Positions 7,340 to 16,115 of a stretch of DNA of 24,000 bases are shown here, one piece after another. The number at the start of each line of letters is the position of its first letter. The stretch's first letter is position 1. This DNA comes from Acidobacteriota bacterium. Its GTDB lineage: Bacteria > Acidobacteriota > Terriglobia > Bryobacterales > Bryobacteraceae. A program made the position numbers and the translations under genes. The stretch lies in assembly GCA_016871015.1 (NCBI GenBank), contig VFZX01000001.1, forward strand, positions 64,923-88,922. Reading direction: 5' to 3'. Below the pieces are notes generated by a model. That model searched no databases. It was given only the letters and a program-made list of their open reading frames with translations, and had not been told where the DNA came from.

Positions 7340-10300
7340 ATGAGGAACGCCGAACGCTGTGCCATCTTGCTGGTGATCGCGCTTGCTGCTTTGGGCCAGC
7401 GCGTGAAGTCGACACTGACCGGTACGCTCACAGACCCATCCGGCGCGGCGGTCGCGGGTGCCGAAGTGACTCTGCTGAACGAAGGCACCAACGCCGCGCT
7501 GAAGTTCCGTACCAGCGCGGACGGCGGATTCGCTTTTCCCTTCCTCGATCCGGGATCGTACCGTCTGGAGGCGGTGATGGAGGGCTTCAAGAGGTCCGTC
7601 CAGCGCGATATCGTGATCCGCGTGGCGACCGACCAGCGCATCGACATGCGGCTCGAGTTGGGCCGCGTCGCCGAACAGATCGAAGTGGCGGCGCAGGCGC
7701 CCCTGCTTGAAAGCGTCAGCTCAACTCTCGGCCAGGTGGTCGACAACAAGAAGATCGTCGACCTGCCCATTGGCGGACGCAACGTCCTCAGCCTGCTCAC
7801 GATCATTCCGGGGTCCTCCGGCGGCGGGGGCGGCATTGGAACCAATCCGTCGAATCCGAGCATCAACGGCAACCGCGCGACGTCGAACAACTTCAACATT
7901 GACGGCGTCCCGGTGAACCAGGAATTCAGTGGAACCACCGGCGGCGCGGGCGTAGCCTACGTGCCGCAGATTGACGCCATCAGCGAATTCAAGGTCATCA
8001 CCAGCAACTACTCGGCCGAGTACGGCCGCGCAATGGGCGCCGTGGTCGCGATCAACATCAAGTCGGGAACCAACCAGTTTCACGGCTCAGCCTTCGAGTT
8101 CCTGCGCAACGACAAGTTCGACGCCAAGAATTTCTTCGCGGCGCCCACGGCAACCAAACCCGTGCTGCGGTACAACCAGTTCGGCGGCTCGGTCGGCGGG
8201 CCGGTGCGTAAGGACAAGCTCTTCTTCTTTACCAACGCCGAGTGGACGCGCAACTTCGGCCAGGCGGTCCGGATCTCGACCGTGCCCACGGCGCGCATGC
8301 GCAACGGCGACTTCGGCGAAGACACCAACACGATCTACGATCCCCGCACCACGCGCCGCGAGAACAACGCCGTGGTGCGCGACCCGTTCCCGGGCAACAC
8401 GATTCCCGCCGCGATCATCGACGAAGCATCCCGCAAGATCGCGGCCTTCTGGCCGGAGGCGACAACGGCCGGGCTCGCCAACAACTTCAATCTCCAGACT
8501 GGCACGCGCAGCACCTCGGTCCGGACCGATACCAAGATCGATTGGGTGATCAACCAGTCGAACACGATCACCGGCCGCTACAGCGACAACCGCACCAACA
8601 GCTTCTCCGGATTCAATCTGCCCGGCCCGGCGAATCCGAACGCGCAGGCGTTGAGCGAGTCCGTGAATCCGGGATTCCAGGTGAGCCACACGCACACGTT
8701 TTCGCCCGTCCTCATCAGCGAGCTCCGGGTGGCGTTCCAGAAGCGAAGCATTCCGCAACTGGCCGAGCCTTCCGCGCTCGACGACTGGCGTAGCAAGCTC
8801 TCCCTGCCCGCGATCCACGAGAACAAGCGCCTGCAGTGGGGCTTCCCCAACATCACCCCAACAGGAATCACCGCGCTGGGCACGCCCTACGACCGCTTCC
8901 TCTTCGCGCAGCGCAACTGGAACATCGTGGAAACCATGAGCTGGACGCGTGGAGCGCACTTCGTGAAATTCGGCGGGACGCTGAGCAGGCTCCACACCAC
9001 CGACTACATTCCAAACTTCCCCGCGGGCGGCTACAATCACTCTGGCGTCTTCACGAGTGTTCCGGGCCGGGCCCGAACCGGACGCGGGTTCGCGGATTTC
9101 CTGATCGGCTGGTCAGACGCCGCATACGCCGGTTTGGTGGCTGGCGGTGGCATGCAGCCGATCACCAAGGAAGGGGCGCTCTTCGTACAGGACGACTACC
9201 GGATCGCGCGAAACCTGACGCTCAACCTCGGACTGCGCTGGGACGTTTCGACCGCCCCCACCACTGAGGCCGGCAGCTTCTGGGCGTTCAACCCATCCTG
9301 TGCCTGCAATCGAAAGCAGGAACCCCCGTTCCCGACGGACTGGGTCAACTTCGGACCGCGCTTCGGACTGGCGTGGCAAATCCTCCCGACGTTCGTGCTG
9401 CGCGGCGGATACGGCATCGCGTATTTCCCGCAGTTCAAGGGACTGTCGGGGTTCGGCGTGTTTCCACCGGCCCTCCAACAGAACGCCTTCGTGTCGCCCG
9501 ATCAGGTGACACCGGCCCGGACGTTTCGAAATTCGTTCGGCCGATTCCTCGACCTCAACGCAACGAACCAGGTGCCGATCAGCGTCAACACCACAACTGG
9601 CGGATTCGACCCGGGCAGTTCAAAGGCACCCTACATTCAAAGCTGGAATCTGACGCTCGAAAAGAGCCTGGCGCCCCATTTCGTCGCCGGCGCTGGCTAT
9701 GTCGCGAACAAATCGACCAATCTCCACATCAACCGGGATCGAAACACGCTGCCGCTCGCACTGCTCGGTCCGAACGACCGCTTCGGCGGGCTCACCCCCC
9801 AGCAGCGGCGTCCGTTTCCGGGCGCGGGGCGCGTGACCTTCATTACCAACGAAGGCAATTCCAGCTACCACTCGCTGCAGGCGAAAGCAGAATGGCGGCT
9901 GCACGGCGGGCTCTCGTTCCTGACTTCGTACACCTGGAGCAAGGCGATCGACGAGCCGTATCCGCAACTGATGGATCCGTCGTTCCGCAAGAGTGCGCGA
10001 GGAGAGTCGCCTGCAGATGTCCGCCACTACTTCGCACACAGCGTCAGCTACGATCTGCCATGGGGGCCGGGACGCCGCTGGCTCTCGGCGAAAAGCGTCG
10101 CGCAGTACCTGGTTGGCGGCTGGCAAACCAACGCGATCTTCATTACGCGCACCGGCTATCCGTTCTCCGTCCTCGCCGCATCGAATCTGAGCGGCAGCTT
10201 CTCAATCACGCAGGCCCGCGCGGACCGGCTGAGGAACGGCGCCCTGCCGGCGACGGAGCGGTCGATCAACCGATGGTTTGAGTCGGAAGCGTTCGCTCAA

Positions 10301-10561
10301 CCCGTTCCGTTCACGTTCGGAAACTCGGCACCGAACGTCGTGCGTGGTCCGGGGATGGTGAACGTTGACGCGTCGATCTTCAAAGGCTTCGGCTTGTTCG
10401 AGAGAACGTCGCTACAGTTCCGGGCGGAAGCGTTCAACGTGAGCAACACGCCTGGATTCGGACTTCCCGCGGCCACTGTCAATACACCCACGATTGGCCG
10501 GATCACCGGGCTCGCCAAGGGCAACCGGACGATTCAGCTTGCTCTGAAGTTGATATTCTGA
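7340..10561 (+). CDS. TonB-dependent receptor, Oar-like (CarboxypepD_reg domain + plug + beta-barrel)
   Basis: 1073-aa ORF with SD GAGAGGGGA upstream. The N-terminus is 'LTGTLTDPSGAAVAGAEVTLLNEGTNAA...GSYRLEAVMEGFK'. Plug-like block: 'NPSINGNRATSNNFNIDGVPVN...NYSAEYGRAMGAVVAINIKSGTNQFHGSAFEFLRND'. The C-terminus 'LQFRAEAFNVSNTPGFGLP...GNRTIQLALKLIF' ends in an aromatic residue, as outer-membrane barrels typically do. Confidence 0.9.
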   Translation: MRNAERCAILLVIALAALGQRVKSTLTGTLTDPSGAAVAGAEVTLLNEGTNAALKFRTSADGGFAFPFLDPGSYRLEAVMEGFKRSVQRDIVIRVATDQRIDMRLELGRVAEQIEVAAQAPLLESVSSTLGQVVDNKKIVDLPIGGRNVLSLLTIIPGSSGGGGGIGTNPSNPSINGNRATSNNFNIDGVPVNQEFSGTTGGAGVAYVPQIDAISEFKVITSNYSAEYGRAMGAVVAINIKSGTNQFHGSAFEFLRNDKFDAKNFFAAPTATKPVLRYNQFGGSVGGPVRKDKLFFFTNAEWTRNFGQAVRISTVPTARMRNGDFGEDTNTIYDPRTTRRENNAVVRDPFPGNTIPAAIIDEASRKIAAFWPEATTAGLANNFNLQTGTRSTSVRTDTKIDWVINQSNTITGRYSDNRTNSFSGFNLPGPANPNAQALSESVNPGFQVSHTHTFSPVLISELRVAFQKRSIPQLAEPSALDDWRSKLSLPAIHENKRLQWGFPNITPTGITALGTPYDRFLFAQRNWNIVETMSWTRGAHFVKFGGTLSRLHTTDYIPNFPAGGYNHSGVFTSVPGRARTGRGFADFLIGWSDAAYAGLVAGGGMQPITKEGALFVQDDYRIARNLTLNLGLRWDVSTAPTTEAGSFWAFNPSCACNRKQEPPFPTDWVNFGPRFGLAWQILPTFVLRGGYGIAYFPQFKGLSGFGVFPPALQQNAFVSPDQVTPARTFRNSFGRFLDLNATNQVPISVNTTTGGFDPGSSKAPYIQSWNLTLEKSLAPHFVAGAGYVANKSTNLHINRDRNTLPLALLGPNDRFGGLTPQQRRPFPGAGRVTFITNEGNSSYHSLQAKAEWRLHGGLSFLTSYTWSKAIDEPYPQLMDPSFRKSARGESPADVRHYFAHSVSYDLPWGPGRRWLSAKSVAQYLVGGWQTNAIFITRTGYPFSVLAASNLSGSFSITQARADRLRNGALPATERSINRWFESEAFAQPVPFTFGNSAPNVVRGPGMVNVDASIFKGFGLFERTSLQFRAEAFNVSNTPGFGLPAATVNTPTIGRITGLAKGNRTIQLALKLIF

Positions 10562-10562
10562 C

Positions 10563-11447
10563 ATGCGCTCGCTTACGGCCATCTTGTTCGTCGCGCTCAC
10601 TCCCGCTTCGGCTGACCGCATCGTGCTGCATGGCGACAGCATCGTGAAGGGATACGGCTTCGGCAACTACACCGACCCTTCACCACTGCGTACGCTTCAC
10701 GGCATCTTCCGGATCCTCCTTGATGCGAACCTTCCGGACCCTCCCGAGGTTCCCGTGTTGACGTACCTGTGGAAAGTCCCCATTGGACCGGTCGATTCGG
10801 TGGCGAAGGAGGTCGCCGGGCAGGTTTCGCGGGGCGAAATTCGAAAAGGCGACTGGCTCATCTACGAGGACGCAGGCGGAATCGACGATTCGGTCCACCC
10901 CGCTCCATGGCCTGACGCGACGCGAATGTTTGAGCGGTATCGCGCCTCGCTGCGCGGCATGATTGGGGAAGCATCGAAGATCCTCCCCCGCGGCCGCATC
11001 CTTCTCATGACGATGTTTGACTACGAGCCAGCCGCAAAGTGCAGATGGTGCCGCTGGGACGCTCCGCTCGACGATGGCGTTCACACCGGCAACGGTGCGA
11101 TTCGCGCGGAAGCCCGGGCCGCGGGAGTCCGGCTCATCGACATGAACCGCATCATGGACGCCGCCAACAAGCATGTGCAGGATCTCGGATTCGGCAGAGT
11201 AGTCGGTCCCGACGGAATCCATCCCAACGTCTACGGCAACTACGTGATGGTGCTCGCGATCTCGCGCGAGATCGGCTACGACATCGCCGGCTGGAACTTG
11301 GCTCCGCTGGCAACGCGTTTCCTGAATCCCGCCTCGGGTGGCGACGTCGAGCGCGTCTGGGGCTTCACGCGCGACCCCAGCGGAGATGAGCGGCGCGAAC
11401 TCCTGGAATCCTTGCGAAGACTAGTATCGACGGAACACCCGAAATGA
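10563..11447 (+). CDS. SGNH/GDSL-family hydrolase (esterase), secreted
   Basis: 294 aa with signal peptide 'MRSLTAILFVALTPASA'. Block I is 'VLHGDSIVKGYG' (GDS nucleophile) and block V is 'GPDGIHPNVYG' (DxxH). The start lies 1 nt after the receptor stop. Confidence 0.8.
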   Translation: MRSLTAILFVALTPASADRIVLHGDSIVKGYGFGNYTDPSPLRTLHGIFRILLDANLPDPPEVPVLTYLWKVPIGPVDSVAKEVAGQVSRGEIRKGDWLIYEDAGGIDDSVHPAPWPDATRMFERYRASLRGMIGEASKILPRGRILLMTMFDYEPAAKCRWCRWDAPLDDGVHTGNGAIRAEARAAGVRLIDMNRIMDAANKHVQDLGFGRVVGPDGIHPNVYGNYVMVLAISREIGYDIAGWNLAPLATRFLNPASGGDVERVWGFTRDPSGDERRELLESLRRLVSTEHPK

Positions 11448-13000
11448 CGCGCCGAACCTTCCTTCAAACCACACCGCTGCTGGCCGCGATTCCTCCGGCT
11501 CGGAGGACGTTCCATTTCTTCGACTGGTTCCACGTCAAGAAAGGCGAGCTCGGCGTCAGCCTGGACCCCGCCCGCATGACTCCGGAGGGACGTACGTTGC
11601 GCGAAAGCATCATGCGCGACTTCGGCCGCGACTTCCCGCTTGAAGGCCACGCGCTCCGTCCGGTCGACGTGCCGTTCGGCGTGAAGCTCACGATCGAGCC
11701 CGCGTCGAAGACCGCGCCGTGGCTCGCTGCAGATCAGCCTTGGGAGGAATCGACCAACTTTGTCCGTGTGATCCACGAGGGCGGCAAGTATCGCTGCTGG
11801 TACGCGGCACGCCTGAGGACTGCGAAGCAGGAACTCACGTTTTCCGATGGCCGCGCGATGGAATTGAGCGGTTCGGTGCTCGGCTACGCCGAAAGCACCG
11901 ACGGACTCCGCTGGACCAAGCCGGAACTCGATGTGATCCGGACCGGCGGCCAGCGCACCAACATCGTCGCGGCCGGTATCAACGGCGCCGGCGTCTTCCG
12001 CGATGACCACGGTCCGGCGGCGGAACGCTACAAGTTCTTCCACTTCGCTGAGCGGCCGAAAGAGCGGATTCCCGCCAATGCAACCACCCACGAGCGCTAT
12101 GGCCTATTCGCCTTCGTCTCGCCCGACGGCTTTCGCTGGGAGAAGAAACCGACACTGCTGATTCCATATTTCTCCGACACCGACAACGTGGCGGCGTGGG
12201 ATCCGGCGCTCGGCAAATACGTTGGCTACTTCCGCCATCACTTCAGCGACCGCACGATCTCCCGCGCGGAGACGGACGACTTCTGGAATTGGCCGCAGCC
12301 GGAGCCGATCCTTTATGGATCGCCGCTCGACGCCCCGGCCGACGACTACTACACGAACGGCTTCACGGCGTATCCGGACGATCCGTCGATCCGGCTCCTG
12401 TTCGCATCCATCTACCACCGCGACCGCGATTCGATCGATGTCCGGCTCGGCATCTCGCGAAACGGCCGCCTGTTCCAATGGGTATCGCTCGATCCGGTTC
12501 TTCCGCGCGGTGCACACGGCGAATGGGATGCGGGCGCGGTCTACGCATCGCCAAACCTGGTGAAACTTCCCGACGGACGGCTGGCGGTGCCGTTCTCGGG
12601 AAGGTCGATCAGTCACAACGAACATTGGTTCAGTTCCTTTTACGGCGAAACCGCGGACCGCACCGGCGCCGCTTGGGCCACATGGCCGGATGGCCGGCTC
12701 GCTGGGATCGAAGCCGCGGCGCTCGGTGAGTTCACAGTGAAATCGGCGGAGTTTAACGGCAGCCGGATTCTCGTGAACGCACGAACCGGCCGTGCCGGAT
12801 CCCTCGACGTGGAACTGCGCGAGAAGGGAAAGGCGATTCCTGGATTCACGTTCGCCGAGTCGTTCGCTATGGAAGGCAACCACCTGTGGTCTCCAGTTCG
12901 CTGGCGCGGCCAGGACTCGCTTGCGGCGCTTCGCGGCAGGAAACTGGAGTTGCGTTTCCGCCTGCGTGAGGCGAAGGTGTTCGGCTACCGGTTCGAGTGA
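11444..13000 (+). CDS. Putative beta-propeller glycoside-hydrolase-like protein (GH32/43/130-like fold, uncharacterised family) with Tat-type signal
   Basis: 518 aa. ATGA overlap with the SGNH gene at 11444-11447. N-terminus 'MTRRTFLQTTPLLAAIPPA'. Repeated propeller-type blocks: 'GGKYRCWY', 'LGYAESTDGLRWTKP', 'FAFVSPDGFRWEK', 'AWDPALGKYVGYFR', 'LGISRNGRLFQW', 'GEWDAGAVYASPNLVKLPDGR'. The fold and family call is inferred from this pattern. Confidence 0.5.
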   Translation: MTRRTFLQTTPLLAAIPPARRTFHFFDWFHVKKGELGVSLDPARMTPEGRTLRESIMRDFGRDFPLEGHALRPVDVPFGVKLTIEPASKTAPWLAADQPWEESTNFVRVIHEGGKYRCWYAARLRTAKQELTFSDGRAMELSGSVLGYAESTDGLRWTKPELDVIRTGGQRTNIVAAGINGAGVFRDDHGPAAERYKFFHFAERPKERIPANATTHERYGLFAFVSPDGFRWEKKPTLLIPYFSDTDNVAAWDPALGKYVGYFRHHFSDRTISRAETDDFWNWPQPEPILYGSPLDAPADDYYTNGFTAYPDDPSIRLLFASIYHRDRDSIDVRLGISRNGRLFQWVSLDPVLPRGAHGEWDAGAVYASPNLVKLPDGRLAVPFSGRSISHNEHWFSSFYGETADRTGAAWATWPDGRLAGIEAAALGEFTVKSAEFNGSRILVNARTGRAGSLDVELREKGKAIPGFTFAESFAMEGNHLWSPVRWRGQDSLAALRGRKLELRFRLREAKVFGYRFE

Positions 13001-13050
13001 GTTGCACGTGATCCACAGATCTGTGGCGATAGCACTCTTGCAAGAAAACA

Positions 13051-13087
13051 CGGACGCCTGGAGGTTGGGGGTGCCTCCAGGCGTCCG
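13051..13087. terminator. Bidirectional intrinsic-terminator-like hairpin between convergent genes
   Basis: Perfect inverted repeat cGGACGCCTGGAGG (13051-13064) / CCTCCAGGCGTCCg (13074-13087) with a 9-nt loop. On the minus strand it is followed by GTGTTTTCTTG (T-tract), downstream of the 13102..13494 gene. On the plus strand it is followed by GTTT. Confidence 0.6.
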
Positions 13088-13101
13088 GTTTCAACGCCAG
13101 T

Positions 13102-13494
13102 CTACTTTACCGGCGAACTGAAGCTGGTCTCACCGAGAAGCACCTCCGCCCACGCACAGTACACTTGGACCCGGGCGATGTCGCGGACATAGGACGGCAC
13201 CGAGATCTCGCGCTTCTCCCCGCCCTTGATCTTGAACGCATCGAGAGTGTAGATCTGCCCCTTGCTGTCCACAATCCGCCAGGTTGGCGCCGGCGTATCC
13301 GGAACCTTGAACTCAGGCGTCACGCGCAGCGTGTTCTTGCCGTTCTCGTGGCTATGCATCACCGCGCCGGTGTTCGCTTTGGGACCTTGGAACATCGCCG
13401 ACGTATGCTCCTTACCATGGTTTGCGGCTACCGCTGTTCCGATCAGCAACGCGGCGGCTGCGGCAGTGGACAGAATTCGAGTCATGTACTTCAT
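13102..13494 (-). CDS. Small secreted protein, DM13-domain-like
   Basis: 130 aa. SD AAGGAG lies 8 nt upstream of ATG 13494. Signal peptide 'MKYMTRILSTAAAAALLIGTAVAA'. The C-terminal pattern 'FKVPDTPAPTWRIVDSKGQIYTLDAFKIKGGEKREISVPSYVRDIARVQVYCAWAEVLLGETSF' resembles DM13 (F-x-v-x-GPDL..., LK...G...y.iP, vvIWC..f.v.fG). The family call is tentative. Confidence 0.45.
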   Translation of the reverse strand: MKYMTRILSTAAAAALLIGTAVAANHGKEHTSAMFQGPKANTGAVMHSHENGKNTLRVTPEFKVPDTPAPTWRIVDSKGQIYTLDAFKIKGGEKREISVPSYVRDIARVQVYCAWAEVLLGETSFSSPVK

Positions 13495-13535
13495 TGGGTT
13501 TTCTCCTTGGATTTTGGGTTTAACTGCGGAAAGGA

Positions 13536-14552
13536 CTACCGGGATGCCAGCTCGATTGCATGGCCGTCCGGATCACGGACGGAGAGGAACCGGCTAAACC
13601 CGGCGATGGGTTCCGGAAGCAGTTGCGTTCCGGGTGAGACGAGTGCCGCCTTCGCCGACCGGAGCGCCGCTTCAGCAACAGCGGCCTCGGGCACGGCCAG
13701 ACGGGTCTGCCAATGAATCAGGTCATTGGCTCGGGCATCTGATGGATACGGTCGGCCATCTCCCGGTGACAGGTACTCGAGGAACTCAATACCCGGGCCG
13801 GAGGCGGCGCGCAACGCGGTAATCCGCAAGCGGGCGCCGAACACATTGTTCAGCCGTTCCTGCTCCGGACCATAGTTCTCGCTTTTCCCCGCGACTCTCA
13901 TTCCGAGTGTGTCGCGGTAGAACCGAAGACTGGCTTCTGTGTCTGAAATGACGATCGCGGTGTGATCTATTCCCAGGAACAAGCGGCTGGAATCCGCGGC
14001 GGCAAGCGTGCGCCACTTCGGATCGCCCTTGCCGGCGGGAAATGACAGGACCTCGAGCGGGTGTCCATCCGGATCGCGGAAGTAGAACGCCTGAATGCCG
14101 CCCGCGTTCGGATTCCAGTCGGGAAGCCGCTGCGGACCGGTGGAGGCGTGCCGCACGCGGTGTGAGCGAAGCCACTGATAGGCGCGGTCCATGTCCGGTG
14201 TGATGATGGCGATGTGCTGGAACCAGCGGTCATTCGAGCGGCTGGCAGCAGGGGCGGGACGGCCTTCGGGCGTTAGGTACTCGGTCAGCTCAATGAACTC
14301 ACCGCCCAGGCGCATCCTGGCCGTGCGGGCGCGCATCCCGAACACTCCGTTCAGCAGCTCATACCGCTCGCCGTGGACTTCGCGCTCGTCCACTTTTTCA
14401 AACGACAGGACCTTCGAATAGAACTCCACCGAACGGTCGAGGTCGGACACTGTCATGCCGATCGACTCGACGGCGATGGTCCGCACACCTTCAGCGGAGG
14501 CGCCCGCCAGCAGGGGACAGAGAATCAGTTGAAGCAAGTGCCGACGGTACAT
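13536..14552 (-). CDS. VOC (glyoxalase/bleomycin-resistance/dioxygenase) superfamily protein, tandem VOC domains, secreted
   Basis: 338 aa with signal peptide 'MYRRHLLQLILCPLLAGASA'. It has two units, each with 'H[IT]A..V.D...S..FY...LG' and 'F.RDPDGH..E' motifs: 'IGMTVSDLDRSVEFYSKVLSF...FYFRDPDGHPLEVLSF' and 'IDHTAIVISDTEASLRFYRDTLGM...LSVRDPDGHAIELAS'. Its start lies 1 nt after the GMC stop. Confidence 0.85.
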   Translation of the reverse strand: MYRRHLLQLILCPLLAGASAEGVRTIAVESIGMTVSDLDRSVEFYSKVLSFEKVDEREVHGERYELLNGVFGMRARTARMRLGGEFIELTEYLTPEGRPAPAASRSNDRWFQHIAIITPDMDRAYQWLRSHRVRHASTGPQRLPDWNPNAGGIQAFYFRDPDGHPLEVLSFPAGKGDPKWRTLAAADSSRLFLGIDHTAIVISDTEASLRFYRDTLGMRVAGKSENYGPEQERLNNVFGARLRITALRAASGPGIEFLEYLSPGDGRPYPSDARANDLIHWQTRLAVPEAAVAEAALRSAKAALVSPGTQLLPEPIAGFSRFLSVRDPDGHAIELASR

Positions 14553-14553
14553 T

Positions 14554-16113
14554 TCAGTTCATCCTTTCCATCAGGTGGCTGCCCACGCGCAAGGCGTTGG
14601 CCATGATCGTGAGCGCCGGATTCACGGCCGCGCTCGAGGGGAAGAAGCTCGCATCCACCACGTAGAGGTTGTCCACCTCATGCGCGCGGCAGTTGACGTC
14701 GAGCGCCGAGGCCCGCGGATCCGCGCCAAACCGGATGGTCCCGTTCTGGTGCGCCACGCCCGCCAGCGGAATCCGCTCAGCCAGGTACAGGTTGCGCGCA
14801 AACAGTCCTTGATGGCACTCGTGGCCATGCACCGGACATGAGCGCTGGCGGTTGAGCAGATTCTTGAGGCGTGCGATCAGACGCTTGTGGCCTTCTTCGT
14901 TGTTCGCGCGGTAGCTGAGCACGATGTTGCCGTCGCGGTCGAGCGTGACGCGGTTGTCCGGATCCGGCAGGTCTTCCGATGTGAGCCAGAAATCGAGCGA
15001 GTGGCTGGCCATCAGGTCGAGCGTGAATCCGGGTGTCAGGGGCGGTGCGCCACCCTTGAGCGTTTCGCCATCGAGCTTTCCGACGAAGGAGATGTGCCCC
15101 ATCGGATAGTCGAATCCGGGTTCTCCGAAGTAGAAGTCGTTGACCGACAGCGTCTTCTGAAACACGGTCGGATTCGGGCACTTCGACACCGCCATGAGAA
15201 CCGAGTTGGTGTGTCCCATGTAGTGGCGGCCCACCGCTCCGGATCCGTTCGCAAGCCCGTCGGGATGCCGGCCGTTGGCCGAGCGCAGCAGCAGAGCCGC
15301 TGAGTTGATGGCGCCGCAGGATACGGCCACGATGTCCGCGGAGTAGGTCTCAGTGCGCCCTTCCCGAATCGCTACGACACGTGTGATCTCACGGCCAGAC
15401 GCACTGGTCTCCAACCGCTCGACTTTCACTCCTGTCAGCAGGGTGACGTTGGGCGACTCGATCGCACGGTCCACGGCGCACACCTGCGCGTCGGACTTGG
15501 CGTTCACCATGCACGGATATCCGTCGCAGGTGTTGCAGCGGATGCACGCGCTGGCACGGCGGTTGCGCTCGTTTACCATGATCCCGAGTGGAGTATGAAA
15601 GGGGCGCAGGCCCTGCCGTTCAAAGTCCTCGCTCAGGTGTTGCAAGCGTGGCTCGTGGCTGACCGCGGGATGCGGATACGCTGCGCCAGGCGGATCCGAA
15701 GGGTCCTCTCCGCGGTTGCCATGAACGTGATACAGCGCTTCGGCTTCATCGTAGTAGGGAGCCAGATCTTGGTAGGAAATCGGCCAGGCAGGAGAGACTC
15801 CGCCATGATGGCGCAGCTCGCGGAAATCACGCTCACGCAAGCGGAACAGCGCGGCGCCGTAGAACTTGGTGTTGCCACCGACGCAGTAGTTCGTGTGCGG
15901 ATGGAGCGGCTTGCCGTTGCGGTCCCGCCAGGTTTCCTTGGCCTGGTAACGAGCCTCGGTGTTGACGGCCTTCGAGCTCCAGTTTTCCTTCTCACGCGGA
16001 ATATAGCCGCCGCGTTCGAGGATCAGGATTTTTTTGCCTGATGCGGCCAGGCGGTAGGCAAGGGTGCCACCACCGGCTCCACTCCCGATGATGATGACGT
16101 CGTAGTTTTCCAT
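14554..16113 (-). CDS. GMC-family FAD-dependent oxidoreductase (cytoplasmic; CxxCxxCxxxxC subfamily)
   Basis: ORF 14554..16269. The start is set at ATG 16113, giving 'MENYDVIIIGSGAGGGTLAYRLAASGKKILILERGG' (a Rossmann GxGxxG at the very N-terminus). The longer ORF version would overlap the aquaporin gene. Cys cluster 'CIRCNTCDGYPC' at 15511-15546. GMC C-terminal block 'NLYVVDASFFPSSAAVNPALTIMANALR'. Confidence 0.88.
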   Translation of the reverse strand: MENYDVIIIGSGAGGGTLAYRLAASGKKILILERGGYIPREKENWSSKAVNTEARYQAKETWRDRNGKPLHPHTNYCVGGNTKFYGAALFRLRERDFRELRHHGGVSPAWPISYQDLAPYYDEAEALYHVHGNRGEDPSDPPGAAYPHPAVSHEPRLQHLSEDFERQGLRPFHTPLGIMVNERNRRASACIRCNTCDGYPCMVNAKSDAQVCAVDRAIESPNVTLLTGVKVERLETSASGREITRVVAIREGRTETYSADIVAVSCGAINSAALLLRSANGRHPDGLANGSGAVGRHYMGHTNSVLMAVSKCPNPTVFQKTLSVNDFYFGEPGFDYPMGHISFVGKLDGETLKGGAPPLTPGFTLDLMASHSLDFWLTSEDLPDPDNRVTLDRDGNIVLSYRANNEEGHKRLIARLKNLLNRQRSCPVHGHECHQGLFARNLYLAERIPLAGVAHQNGTIRFGADPRASALDVNCRAHEVDNLYVVDASFFPSSAAVNPALTIMANALRVGSHLMERMN

Positions 16114-16115
16114 GA

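Noticed and set aside
13013-13026. 14-bp perfect palindrome CCACAGATCTGTGG just after the beta-propeller gene stop.
   Set aside because: It is short and isolated, with no second copy in the window. The much stronger hairpin at 13051-13087 better explains termination.
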